NCBI GenBank assembly: GCA_002477825.1
Contig: DLKT01000014.1
Span: forward strand, 1,825-65,824
Direction of reading: 5' to 3'
DNA length: 64,000 bases
DNA from: Bacillales bacterium UBA7581
GTDB taxonomy: Bacteria > Bacillota_I > Bacilli_A > RFN20 > CAG-826
The notes under the pieces were generated by a model. The model worked only from the letters and a program-made list of their open reading frames with translations, was not told the DNA's origin and ran no database searches. This document shows positions 47,360 to 57,010 of the stretch, in pieces. Made by a program: the position numbers and the translations under genes. Numbering within the stretch: position 1 is the first letter of the stretch; each line of letters begins with the position of its first letter.

Positions 47360-48382
47360 CTATTCCCCCCTCTTATTGATGAAACCAACAATTTGGTTAG
47401 CGAATAATAATAATGCAATATTAGCCACATTGGATAATAATCCTACTGCAGTACCTAAAGCATAGTTGCCATTACCGATACCATATCGATAAATGAAGGT
47501 GTCGAGAATATCAGCGACATCATAAACTTGCGTGTTATATAAGTTATATACTTGATCAAAGCCACCACCAATTAACCCGCCTACGCGTAAAATTAGCATA
47601 ATTGAAATCGTGGGCATCAGTTGGGGTAAAGTAACATGGAAAAATTGTTGAATGGTATTGGCCCCATCAATTTCTGCTGCTTCATATAAATCAGCAGAAA
47701 CACCAGATAGTGCCGCTAAATAGATAATTGCACCCCAGCCTACTTCTTTCCAAATATCACTAATAACTAGAAGCGTTAAAAACTGCTTTCCATCAGAAAA
47801 TACATGCAGATTAAAGCCCAATGAGGTCAGTAAGCGATGTAAAGAACCCGTTCTTTCATTTAATAATGAGAAAATCAAACCTGAAACGACAACCCAAGAA
47901 ATAAAGTGTGGCAAATAAACGACGGTTTGAATCGCATTTTTAAAGAATTTATTATGGATTGCATTAATCATCAACGCTAACAAAATAGAGGCTGGAAAAC
48001 CAAAAATTAATTTGAGTAAATTTAACACAATCGTGTTTTTAAAAGCGGCCCAGAAACCCTCCATCGCAAAAAGTGTTTCAAAGTTTTGAAATCCTACCCA
48101 TTTACTACCTAAAATACCTAAACGTGGTGAATATTTTTTAAACGCTAAAACAATTCCATACATCGGCTTATAAGCAAAAATAAGAAGCAAGATAAAAGAA
48201 GGAACAAGCATAATGTAAAACACACGATGCGCCCATATTTCTCTAAGTAAGTTTTTGAACTTTTCTTTACGAGTCATGGGGTGATATTGTTCCATGAGAG
48301 ATTTGGCTTTTTTCTTTTTTTCTTTTAAGATTTTTCGTTGGTCTTTACGACTCAACTTTTTCTCTTCTATGACTGCTTCCAT
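47360..48382 (-). CDS. Carbohydrate ABC transporter permease (LplB/YteP-like)
   Basis: MalF-type permease. Shows YKPMYGIVLAFKKY and the EAA loop EAAEIDGANTIQQF. Confidence 0.88.
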   Translation of the reverse strand: MEAVIEEKKLSRKDQRKILKEKKKKAKSLMEQYHPMTRKEKFKNLLREIWAHRVFYIMLVPSFILLLIFAYKPMYGIVLAFKKYSPRLGILGSKWVGFQNFETLFAMEGFWAAFKNTIVLNLLKLIFGFPASILLALMINAIHNKFFKNAIQTVVYLPHFISWVVVSGLIFSLLNERTGSLHRLLTSLGFNLHVFSDGKQFLTLLVISDIWKEVGWGAIIYLAALSGVSADLYEAAEIDGANTIQQFFHVTLPQLMPTISIMLILRVGGLIGGGFDQVYNLYNTQVYDVADILDTFIYRYGIGNGNYALGTAVGLLSNVANIALLLFANQIVGFINKRGE

Positions 48383-48481
48383 ATATTCTCCTAGTTTGCT
48401 TCATTCTATATGCATATTGTAAAATGATAGGGCTATCATTTGAATGGAAAAAAGTTATGGATAAGTTGTATTTTTATTATG

Positions 48482-49861
48482 TTATTTTACGTGCATCTCC
48501 CGATATTTCGTGGGAGAATAGTCGGTGTACTTTTTAAACATTTTCGAAAAATGATAATAATCATCATAGCCGATTTGACTAGCGATTAAAGTTAAGGATA
48601 AGTCTGTATTTGCAATTAAGTTTTTAGCTCTTTTCATCTTTAAACTTATAAAATATTCAGCAAAAGAACAACCGCATACTTTTTTAAATAGTTGACTAAA
48701 ATAGGAGGGATTATAGTTATATTTTTCCGCAAAATAAGAAAGCGTGAGCTTTTGATCAATATGATCCTCTAATTCTTGAATGACATCAGAAATAATCGCG
48801 CTTGTACCATCATTTTCTTCTTTTTCTTGGAAGTTCGATAAAATATCCTGCATCATATCTTCAAAAGAAGAATAATAATCAAGTACGGAGATATCTAATA
48901 GATTATCATCATAACCCACTACACCAAATTTCGTCATATTAAAAACAATGACGCGATAAATCTTTTGTAAATCATAGACTTTAATTTGATATTGTTCAAT
49001 TAAAGAAGGTAGCGTTTGTAAAGCCGCTAAAAGCTCATACGCATTTTTGGTTTTATCGATTTCTTGTATCACTTGATTCACCGATTCATTTATCGAATAA
49101 ACCGTACATTCTTCTTTTCCACTAATAAATTTTTGTTTAGCGGCAATACGCGCTAATCGTAGATGTAATGCGATTTTTCGATAATCGGTAAATTCTTCGC
49201 TTACCCCAATAGAACAATGGTTTTCAATCGCATATTGATTTAATTTTTCAAGATTAACTTCCGCGCATAAAAAGATTCTCATTTTTTCATCATCGTAAAG
49301 TGAAATGGAGTATTGACAAAGGCTCTGCATACATTTCTCATCCCATTTCTTTCCTTTAATGAAAACAACAATGCGTTCTTTTTCATGTTGAGGAAGCATC
49401 GGATTTTCTTTAAATAAATGCTCCAGAACCTCATCATTTTCTATAAAAGCGTGGTTCACTATCGAATCAAAAACTTTGGCATTGAACGTTTCTTTTTCAT
49501 TTTCTTTAATTTCCGTTAATAAAGAAATTAAATCTTTGGTACGAATCGGCTTTTTTAAATATCGGATAGCGCCTAATCTTACCGCTTCTTGTGCATATTC
49601 AAAGGTGTCAAACGCACTTAAAAAACAAAATTTAATTTTCTTTTGTTTTCTTACATGTTCAAATAGAGTAAAACCATTCATTTTATCCATAGAAACATCA
49701 CAAAAAACGAGATCTGGATGGTTTTCTAAAATCTCTTTTTCGGCTTTCACTGGATCTGTAGAACTACCAATCACATGAAATCCATAATCTTCCCATGCAA
49801 TTAAATAGCGAAGCTCTTCAATAATTAAAGCTTCATCATCTACTAAATATACTTTAAACAT
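48482..49861 (-). CDS. Response regulator with a C-terminal AraC-type HTH (YesN-like)
   Basis: Receiver domain (VYLVDDE, phospho-acceptor context FCDVSMDKMNG, K in YLKKP). C-terminal AraC HTH (IASQIGYDDYYHFSKMFKKYTDYSPTKYR). Confidence 0.88.
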   Translation of the reverse strand: MFKVYLVDDEALIIEELRYLIAWEDYGFHVIGSSTDPVKAEKEILENHPDLVFCDVSMDKMNGFTLFEHVRKQKKIKFCFLSAFDTFEYAQEAVRLGAIRYLKKPIRTKDLISLLTEIKENEKETFNAKVFDSIVNHAFIENDEVLEHLFKENPMLPQHEKERIVVFIKGKKWDEKCMQSLCQYSISLYDDEKMRIFLCAEVNLEKLNQYAIENHCSIGVSEEFTDYRKIALHLRLARIAAKQKFISGKEECTVYSINESVNQVIQEIDKTKNAYELLAALQTLPSLIEQYQIKVYDLQKIYRVIVFNMTKFGVVGYDDNLLDISVLDYYSSFEDMMQDILSNFQEKEENDGTSAIISDVIQELEDHIDQKLTLSYFAEKYNYNPSYFSQLFKKVCGCSFAEYFISLKMKRAKNLIANTDLSLTLIASQIGYDDYYHFSKMFKKYTDYSPTKYREMHVK

Positions 49862-51593
49862 TTGGTTTCACCCCCAAAGGTATTTGAATACGGACAATGA
49901 CTGCATCTTGATTTCGACTTAAAAGCATTTCTAATCCTGCTCTTTTTTCATAAAGAATCTGTAAACGTTTTTGAATATTTTTTAAAGCCACACCATGGCC
50001 TTTTTTACGATTGACTTCGCATATAATATCACTTAAAATTTGTCGATTAATACGCACAATATCCTCTTCTTTTAGTTGCGTTTCGTTTTCATTCACCACG
50101 TCAATGATAGCCTGATTATCTTTTTGATAAACATGAATATGTATCATTCCTTTTTTATCCACAAAGCCATGCACAAAACAATTTTCAACGATCGGTTGAA
50201 GTAAAACTTTAGGTACAACTACTTGATTGAGCTCTTCATCTACTTCTAACGTATAACGAACTTCGGGATAGCGCACCATTTGAATATTTAAGAAACTCGT
50301 TACCGCATCTATTTCTTTTTCAATCGTAGAAGAAGTCTCTATGGTGAGTGAGTAACGCAAGAATTCACTAAGATTTTCGATACAATACTTAGCTTTTTCT
50401 AAATCTTTTAAATTCACTAATGAACGAATGGAGCTTAAAACATTAATTAAGAAATGTTTATTGATTTGGGAATATAAGCTATTTAATTCATAAGCCATAT
50501 TATCTAATTGTAGTTGTAAACGACTATTCTTCTCAATGATGATTTGTTCATTTAATTTCGTAATACTCTCCACTAATTCGTTATAAGAAGAAATCACTCG
50601 GTCTACTTCTTTATCACCAATTAAGGCAATGGTAGATAAAGAATTTTGGTCTTTAATCATGGAGAAATTATCGAACAAATATTGAAGCGCCATGCGGTTC
50701 TTTTTTCGAATTCGATAAATAGAAATTCCAAAAAATGTGATAACTAAAATAATGACAAGTGTAATAATTAAATAAGTACGAATAAGCTCATTAAAAATCA
50801 TATGAGAATCCATATAAACAGTTAGATTCCAATCTAAAAAATCTAAAGATATCGTTCTTTTGAGATAGCGTCGCCCATGATAGACACTAAAATCTTGATC
50901 CATATCCGAGGAATAAACCATGCCATTACTATCATTTACAATCGCGTGGAAATAAGAAATATTTTCAAAGTTATTTAAAATATTGATTACCATCGAACGA
51001 TGAATATATAGGATACCTAGTCCTAATTTCGTATTAAAGTTATAGGATTGTACACTATTGATATTTCTAGCAAAAACAAAATAATCACTATCTTGTTGGT
51101 CTAAAAAATGCTGTGCTTTTAAGAAGATTAGTTTACCTCTTTGATATTCATTTCTTTTTGCCATTTCTAATATCTTTGGCATATTATAATTGAGAATCGA
51201 ATAATCAACTCCATCATAAATGATATCAGAAGTGCTGTATTCTCCATTAATTAGAGGAATGAAACCCGCTCCTTTAAGTTCTGAACTATTGGAAGCCATT
51301 AGTAGATTCATCGTCTTTTCTATTTCTAAAGAAGCTTCTTGATCTTGAGAATGGGTGGCTGCATTTTGGAAATCTTCATTCATAAAATAAGTAGAAAATG
51401 AAAAATCCGTATCATCTAATTTGGTCTCTAATGAAGATGAAATACGAGCAGAAACACTATTAAACTGCTGATAAGCATATCTTTTTTGATTGGTATATGA
51501 AATGATAGAATAGGTTAAAATGATAGTCAAAAACATCATGGCAAGAAGTGCCATTTGTAAGATATCTCTTTTAAACCACCTATTCTTTTTCAT
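49854..51593 (-). CDS. Sensor histidine kinase (YesM-like, His_kinase/LytS-type dimerisation domain)
   Basis: Two TM helices flank a sensor domain of about 250 aa. LYSQINKHFLINVLSSI is the H-box. The HATPase N and G boxes are VENCFVHG and GHGVALKNI. Overlaps the regulator gene by 8 nt. Confidence 0.85.
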   Translation of the reverse strand: MKKNRWFKRDILQMALLAMMFLTIILTYSIISYTNQKRYAYQQFNSVSARISSSLETKLDDTDFSFSTYFMNEDFQNAATHSQDQEASLEIEKTMNLLMASNSSELKGAGFIPLINGEYSTSDIIYDGVDYSILNYNMPKILEMAKRNEYQRGKLIFLKAQHFLDQQDSDYFVFARNINSVQSYNFNTKLGLGILYIHRSMVINILNNFENISYFHAIVNDSNGMVYSSDMDQDFSVYHGRRYLKRTISLDFLDWNLTVYMDSHMIFNELIRTYLIITLVIILVITFFGISIYRIRKKNRMALQYLFDNFSMIKDQNSLSTIALIGDKEVDRVISSYNELVESITKLNEQIIIEKNSRLQLQLDNMAYELNSLYSQINKHFLINVLSSIRSLVNLKDLEKAKYCIENLSEFLRYSLTIETSSTIEKEIDAVTSFLNIQMVRYPEVRYTLEVDEELNQVVVPKVLLQPIVENCFVHGFVDKKGMIHIHVYQKDNQAIIDVVNENETQLKEEDIVRINRQILSDIICEVNRKKGHGVALKNIQKRLQILYEKRAGLEMLLSRNQDAVIVRIQIPLGVKPNV

Positions 51594-51605
51594 TGTTAAA
51601 TACCT

Positions 51606-52625
51606 CTATAATTTATTTAAAATCAAAGCAATAAAATTTTGATAAATTTCTTGATGTCCTTCTAAGGTTGGATGTACTAAATCAGCACATAAATACTTGC
51701 GACTTTTTAATAACGCATCCCCACGAATATAAAACACATTTTGTCGCTTTATTTTTTCTACTTCTTCTTTCACAATGCTTCGATAATTCTCAACTTTTTC
51801 TAGGCTAACAGCACTGCAACATTCATTAAAATAACTCATGATATCCGTAATAAAGAAAGTTTCTTTTTCATGAGTAGAAAGCGCAACATTTAAGAATTCA
51901 TGTACTTTACTTTGAAACATTTTTTCATCCCATTCAGCAATCACATTAATGCCTAACTCAATCGTAGCAATATCAAAATCATGTGATTTAGCAATAAATT
52001 CCGCTACTTCTTTTTCTAATCGACAAGAACCGGGAAAACCAATGTTGATTAAATCGTACCCAATATGACTTGCAATCAAATAAGGATAAGAAAGATTTTG
52101 AAGGTAAGTTAAGGAAGAAGAAGTAATGCTAGATCCATAGGATAAATATCTTTTTTGAGGCATATCTTTTTCTTCAATCTGAAGAAATTCACCTTCAATA
52201 TCGAATAGTTCAAAACTCGTATAATCAAACACCAACCGATATAAATGACTGGAGAAAGGCGATTTTCTTTCATGGTTTAGCCATTCCACTTGCGCATTAA
52301 CTTCCTTAAAAGGATCGATTTCTATCATCGTTATTTTTTCATTTGAGATGGTGAAATACGATTGTTGCCATTCTGCTTGTACGACCCCACGATATAAATA
52401 CGCTCGTGTCATTTGTGGATCTTTTGATTTTAAATAAAATTTTACTTTGCCTTTAGGAATAAAGCGAAACTCCACGCCAATTGCGGTTTGATTCATGAGT
52501 TTTCCTTGTTCAAGCATATTCTTTTCTACTTCATGAGGAAGTCTTAAAAGCGAATAGCCTCCATCTTCATTTTTTATTAACTCACGAACATTCCATAAAA
52601 GAACATTTTTAAAATACTGCATCAT
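51606..52625 (-). CDS. SGNH/GDSL-family hydrolase (probable carbohydrate esterase)
   Basis: An N-terminal beta-sandwich-like region, then block I YLSYGSSIT and block V DLVHPTLEGH. Confidence 0.7.
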   Translation of the reverse strand: MMQYFKNVLLWNVRELIKNEDGGYSLLRLPHEVEKNMLEQGKLMNQTAIGVEFRFIPKGKVKFYLKSKDPQMTRAYLYRGVVQAEWQQSYFTISNEKITMIEIDPFKEVNAQVEWLNHERKSPFSSHLYRLVFDYTSFELFDIEGEFLQIEEKDMPQKRYLSYGSSITSSSLTYLQNLSYPYLIASHIGYDLINIGFPGSCRLEKEVAEFIAKSHDFDIATIELGINVIAEWDEKMFQSKVHEFLNVALSTHEKETFFITDIMSYFNECCSAVSLEKVENYRSIVKEEVEKIKRQNVFYIRGDALLKSRKYLCADLVHPTLEGHQEIYQNFIALILNKL

Positions 52626-52637
52626 GGTAATAACTCC

Positions 52638-53579
52638 TTAATCGACTTGCATCGCTCTTGCCTTTTCGCTAAAAGAATCAACAGGGTTTGTTTTCTTTTC
52701 TTCAAAAGTAGTCACTGCTGTTCTTGCAATATAATCATGGAAAGACTGTCCTTTTTTGGTAGCGCATGAAATAACAAAAGAAATCAAAGGAATAAATCCA
52801 TAAGTCATGATACCCAAAATCAGTTCAATAAATACGAAGAAAAAGAAACGCAAAAGAATTTGGATATGCGAAGGAACATAGTTTTCTTTTTTATAGTTAT
52901 ATATCTTTAAGCCCATCAACTTTTTACCAATGGTTGGTCCTTTAAAAATAAGAGGGAATAAAAGATAAATCACAGTTGCACATATCACCATTGAAAGCGT
53001 GATATATTGAACGATTAATCTTGATGCTGCACTAGCGGCATTTTGCCATTTTTCTGTTTTTTCTAAAATGTTAGAAATGGATGCATCCACAACATTCGAT
53101 AACCAACTTTTCATTTCTTTAGAATCAATTTTTTCTTCTACTGGTAAATAGGTATTATTATCCGCTAAATAAAAGATACGATAATCTTCATCTTCTACTT
53201 CTGCTTGTGCTTTTTTGTATCCATTATAAACATCTACTTTTTCATAGCTTTCATAGAACGTTAATAATTTTGCGTCGATATCATAAAAACCATAACTTGA
53301 ATTGCTCGTTATTTTTTGATAGTCACCATTTTCTTTATATTCATATAAACCCGATTCTACTAAAACAACTTTAAATTCATTATATTTTTCTTTATAGGTA
53401 GAAGAGCGATTCGCAATCGGTTGCACAACAAAAGCGTATAAACAAGAAGTTAAAACAATAAGAAGCATAAAATCAAGTAAAAAGGCCACAAAACGACGTA
53501 GGGTTTGTGGTTTTAAAAACGGTTCTTTTTCTTCCGCTTTAGTTTCTAAAACTTCTTTCGCTTCATCCATAGTTTTCAC
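52638..53579 (-). CDS. RDD-family membrane protein
   Basis: RRFVAFLLDFMLLIV at TM1, a large loop, then further TM helices and SFHDYIARTAV. Confidence 0.7.
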   Translation of the reverse strand: MKTMDEAKEVLETKAEEKEPFLKPQTLRRFVAFLLDFMLLIVLTSCLYAFVVQPIANRSSTYKEKYNEFKVVLVESGLYEYKENGDYQKITSNSSYGFYDIDAKLLTFYESYEKVDVYNGYKKAQAEVEDEDYRIFYLADNNTYLPVEEKIDSKEMKSWLSNVVDASISNILEKTEKWQNAASAASRLIVQYITLSMVICATVIYLLFPLIFKGPTIGKKLMGLKIYNYKKENYVPSHIQILLRFFFFVFIELILGIMTYGFIPLISFVISCATKKGQSFHDYIARTAVTTFEEKKTNPVDSFSEKARAMQVD

Positions 53580-53712
53580 CTAATATACTATATAAATATA
53601 GTATCACTTACTTATATCATATATCTATTGTCTTCTAAGAAAAATGGAATTTTCTTTGATATTTTTTGTTACTTTTTTATGAAAAAATTCTTAACATGTT
53701 AAGCAAAAATAC

Positions 53713-53741
53713 TTGACAGGCAACAACTAATCCTATACAAT
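53713..53741 (+). promoter_or_regulatory. Consensus sigma-A promoter of the rpsP operon
   Basis: TTGACA (53713-53718), a 17-nt spacer, then TACAAT (53736-53741). AAAGGAGA SD lies 7 nt before the ATG at 53771. Confidence 0.85.
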
Positions 53742-53770
53742 AGTCATGTTAGAAAAAGGAGATTAAAATT

Positions 53771-54052
53771 ATGTCAGTAAAAATTAGATTAACAAGAACC
53801 GGTCGTCATAAAGATCCTTCTTATCGTATCGTTGCCGCCGATAGCCGTTACCCACGTGATGGTCGTTTCATCGAACAAATTGGATATTATGATCCAGAAG
53901 ATGTCAACAATGCAGCAAAGATCGATGAAGAACTTGCTTTAAAATGGTTAAATGCTGGTGCTCTTCCAAGTGATACCGTTCGTGCTTTATTCTCTAAAGC
54001 CGGTATTATGACAAAATACGCAGAAGGCAAGAAAACCAAAAAAGGAGAATAA
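53771..54052 (+). CDS. rpsP: 30S ribosomal protein S16
   Basis: [26 protein letters not shown] is the classic S16 N-terminus. Confidence 0.97.
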   Translation: MSVKIRLTRTGRHKDPSYRIVAADSRYPRDGRFIEQIGYYDPEDVNNAAKIDEELALKWLNAGALPSDTVRALFSKAGIMTKYAEGKKTKKGE

Positions 54053-54054
54053 TC

Positions 54055-54321
54055 ATGGATTACGAGAAGATCATTCACACTTTAGTCGACGATATCGTTG
54101 ATAATAAAGAGATAATGATCCGTCAAATGCCCAGTGAAAATCCAAAAGAAGTTCTTTTAATGATTTTCAGTGATCCTGAAGATACCGCAAGACTTATTGG
54201 CCGTAAAGGCATCATCGCTGATGCGCTTCGCGAAGTCATGTCTATTGCTGGTAAAACCGAAAACAAGAGAATTATTCTCAAATTTGAATCATTTGATCAA
54301 ATTGAAAAAGATGAGGACTAA
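54055..54321 (+). CDS. KH-domain RNA-binding protein (YlqC/UPF0109)
   Basis: 88 aa with LIGRKGIIADALREV (GxxG KH motif). Conserved position between rpsP and rimM. Confidence 0.88.
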   Translation: MDYEKIIHTLVDDIVDNKEIMIRQMPSENPKEVLLMIFSDPEDTARLIGRKGIIADALREVMSIAGKTENKRIILKFESFDQIEKDED

Positions 54322-54357
54322 CCTTATCTTTTTTCTTATATTGAGGAGAAAAACATT

Positions 54358-54864
54358 ATGGAATATTTAACACTTGGAAAAATCGTTAAAACTTGTGGAT
54401 TAAAAGGAGAAGCCAAAATTCTCTGCTCTACCCACTTTAGTTATGATCGCTACCAAAAGAACCACCATGTTTATTTATGGAATGAAAAAACGGATGAACG
54501 GATAGAAGTTACCGTTAAATCTTTCCGTAAAGATGGCCTTTTTGATTTCGTTCAATTCAAAGAAATTCCCTCTATTGATGCCCTGACCCCTCATATTAAT
54601 GAATACGTTCAAGTAGAAAAAGACCTTTCCTTTTTATTAGAGAATGAATATTTCTATAGTGATTTATTAGGCTCTGAAGTTTATGATGGCGATACTCTTT
54701 TAGGAAAAGTCAAGAAAATAGAAGAATATGCAAGTTATGCAACTTTAAGAGTTGAAAGAAAAGCGCAAAAAGATATACTGATTCCTTTTGTAAAAGCCTT
54801 TATTCAAAAAGTCGATATTGAAGCAAAGAAAATTTGGATTCATCACTGGGAGGGGTTAGAATGA
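54358..54864 (+). CDS. rimM: 16S rRNA processing protein RimM
   Basis: LTLGKIVKTCGLKGEAKI N-terminus, plus a PRC-barrel C-terminal domain. Confidence 0.93.
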   Translation: MEYLTLGKIVKTCGLKGEAKILCSTHFSYDRYQKNHHVYLWNEKTDERIEVTVKSFRKDGLFDFVQFKEIPSIDALTPHINEYVQVEKDLSFLLENEYFYSDLLGSEVYDGDTLLGKVKKIEEYASYATLRVERKAQKDILIPFVKAFIQKVDIEAKKIWIHHWEGLE

Positions 54865-55628
54865 AAATCACCATTTTAACACTATTCCCTGAAATGTACC
54901 AAGGTTTTCTTTCCACTTCTATTTTAAAAAGAGCGATTGCTAAAGGTGTTGTTTCGATTGATGTCGTCGATATCCGTTCTTATACCCAAGATAAATATGG
55001 CCGCGTCGATAGTGCTCCTATTGGTGGAGGTGCGGGTTTAATTATGAAATGTCAACCCGTCATTGATGCTTTAAAAAATCAAGGAGAAGGAAAGAAAATC
55101 TTATTTTCTCCACGGGGAAAAACTTTTTCTCAAGAAAAAGCGCACGCTTTAAGTAAAGAAGACCACATCATTCTTTTATGTGGACACTATGAAGGTATGG
55201 ATGAAAGAATATCTTCATATATCGATGAAGAATTATCCATTGGCGATTATATTTTAACCGGTGGAGAACTCGCCTCTATGGTGGTAAGCGATGCAATTAT
55301 TCGTTTATTAGATGGAGCGATTAAAGAAGAATCGACCATTGAAGAGTCTTTTGAAAATGGCTTATTAGAATATCCTCAATATACCGAGCCTTATGAATAT
55401 GATGGAAAAAAAGTCCCCGATATCCTCTATTCTGGAAATCATGGGGCGATTGAAAAATGGCGTAAAAAAGAAAGTTTACGAATTACTAAAGAAAGACGTC
55501 CTGATTTGTTTATGAAATTTCCCTTCACTAAAGTAGATATGCGCTTATTAAAAGAGATTGAAAATCAAGAACAAGGAAAATGGGAAATAGACGCGATTAA
55601 CAAAGGAAAAAAATTTATGAAAAATTAA
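54861..55628 (+). CDS. trmD: tRNA (guanine37-N1)-methyltransferase
   Basis: MKITILTLFPEMY, CGHYEGMDERI, IGDYILTGGE. The ATG overlaps the rimM TGA (ATGA) and is preceded by GGAGG. Confidence 0.96.
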   Translation: MKITILTLFPEMYQGFLSTSILKRAIAKGVVSIDVVDIRSYTQDKYGRVDSAPIGGGAGLIMKCQPVIDALKNQGEGKKILFSPRGKTFSQEKAHALSKEDHIILLCGHYEGMDERISSYIDEELSIGDYILTGGELASMVVSDAIIRLLDGAIKEESTIEESFENGLLEYPQYTEPYEYDGKKVPDILYSGNHGAIEKWRKKESLRITKERRPDLFMKFPFTKVDMRLLKEIENQEQGKWEIDAINKGKKFMKN

Positions 55629-55653
55629 AAGATCGCAAACCGCGATCTTTTTT
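55627..55653. terminator. Bidirectional terminator between convergent trmD and ffh
   Basis: AAAAGATCGC-AAACC-GCGATCTTTT: a GC core stem flanked by an A-run and a T-run, so it can serve both strands. Confidence 0.8.
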
Positions 55654-55657
55654 CATT

Positions 55658-57010
55658 TTATTTAAATGGGAAACCACCTTGTCCACCCATTGGAGGCATC
55701 TTACCGCCTTTTTGATATTGTTTCATTTGTTGCATCATTTGTTTCATTTGATCAAATTTCTTTAACATACGATTAATATCAGCGTTTGTTAATCCACAGC
55801 CTCGAGCAATACGGACTTTACGAGAGTTCTTTAAAATTTCAGGATGCGCTCTTTCTTCTGGGGTCATCGATTGAATGATGACTTCCACGGTGCGCATTTC
55901 TTTTTCTGCTCTTTCTTGGTCTTCTTTAGAAATTTTTGGCATACCTGGAATTAATTTTAGTAAACCACCTAAAGAACCCATCTTTTTAATTTGTTTCATT
56001 TGTTCTAGCATGTCCACTAAATCAAAGTTGCCCTCCATCATTTTATTGACGGTACGACGAGTTTGCTTTTCATCGAAGTTTTCTTGGGCTTTTTCGATTA
56101 ATGTCATGACGTCACCCATACCTAAAATACGGTCCGCCATACGATCAGGATAGAACAATTCTAAGTCTTCCATCTTTTCACCGACACCGGTGAGTTTAAT
56201 AGGAATACCGGTTAAATGTTTAATGGATAAAGCGGCACCACCACGGGCGTCACCATCTAATTTAGACATAATGACACCAGTTAAAACAAGCTTTTCATTA
56301 AAGGCATTCGCAACGTTAACAGCGTCTTGACCTGACATTGCGTCAACGAGTAATAAAACTTCTTCTGGATGCACTTCATGTTCAATTTGATTGAGCTCTT
56401 CCATGAGTTGTTCATCAATATGAAGTCGACCAGCGGTATCAATAATTAATACATCATAAAATTCTTGATAAGCTTTATCTTTAGCGGCTTTAGCAATTTC
56501 AACCGGTGAAACTTTCGTGCCCATATTGACGATATCGACACCGACTTGTTTAGCAATCGTATCCAATTGTTCAATAGCAGCTGGACGATAGACGTCACAA
56601 GCCGCTAATAAAACTTTTTTCTTGAGCTTATTTTTCATTAAAAGCGCTAATTTACCAGCAGTCGTGGTTTTACCTGCACCTTGAAGACCACAAAGCATAA
56701 TAATCGTAGGTTTCCCTTTTGCGTAACGGATTTCACTTTGATCTGAACCTAAAAGTTCAACCAATTCATCATGAACGATTTTAACGACCATTTGCGAAGG
56801 TGATAACGCTTTAAAAACTTCTTGTCCTAAAGATTTCTCTTTTACGTCATTCACGAATTCTTTTACAACTTTGTAGTTTACATCAGCTTCTAAAAGGGCA
56901 ACACGGATTTCTTTTAACATTTCATCCATGTTAGCTTCTGTAAGTTTCGATTGTCCTTTTAATTTCTTTAAAATTTGTTGAAAACGATCGGAAAGTGATT
57001 CAAATGCCAT
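55658..57010 (-). CDS. ffh: Signal recognition particle protein Ffh
   Basis: GLQGAGKTTT, DTAGR, and a Met-rich M domain ending in a MMQQMKQ-type tail. Confidence 0.97.
   Translation of the reverse strand: MAFESLSDRFQQILKKLKGQSKLTEANMDEMLKEIRVALLEADVNYKVVKEFVNDVKEKSLGQEVFKALSPSQMVVKIVHDELVELLGSDQSEIRYAKGKPTIIMLCGLQGAGKTTTAGKLALLMKNKLKKKVLLAACDVYRPAAIEQLDTIAKQVGVDIVNMGTKVSPVEIAKAAKDKAYQEFYDVLIIDTAGRLHIDEQLMEELNQIEHEVHPEEVLLLVDAMSGQDAVNVANAFNEKLVLTGVIMSKLDGDARGGAALSIKHLTGIPIKLTGVGEKMEDLELFYPDRMADRILGMGDVMTLIEKAQENFDEKQTRRTVNKMMEGNFDLVDMLEQMKQIKKMGSLGGLLKLIPGMPKISKEDQERAEKEMRTVEVIIQSMTPEERAHPEILKNSRKVRIARGCGLTNADINRMLKKFDQMKQMMQQMKQYQKGGKMPPMGGQGGFPFK

Noticed and set aside
54862-54864. Possibility of Mollicutes genetic code 4 (UGA = Trp), given the Mollicutes-like gene content.
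   Set aside because: Long conserved ORFs are intact under the standard code. TGA also terminates rimM at the expected length, overlapping the trmD ATG, so code 11 applies.
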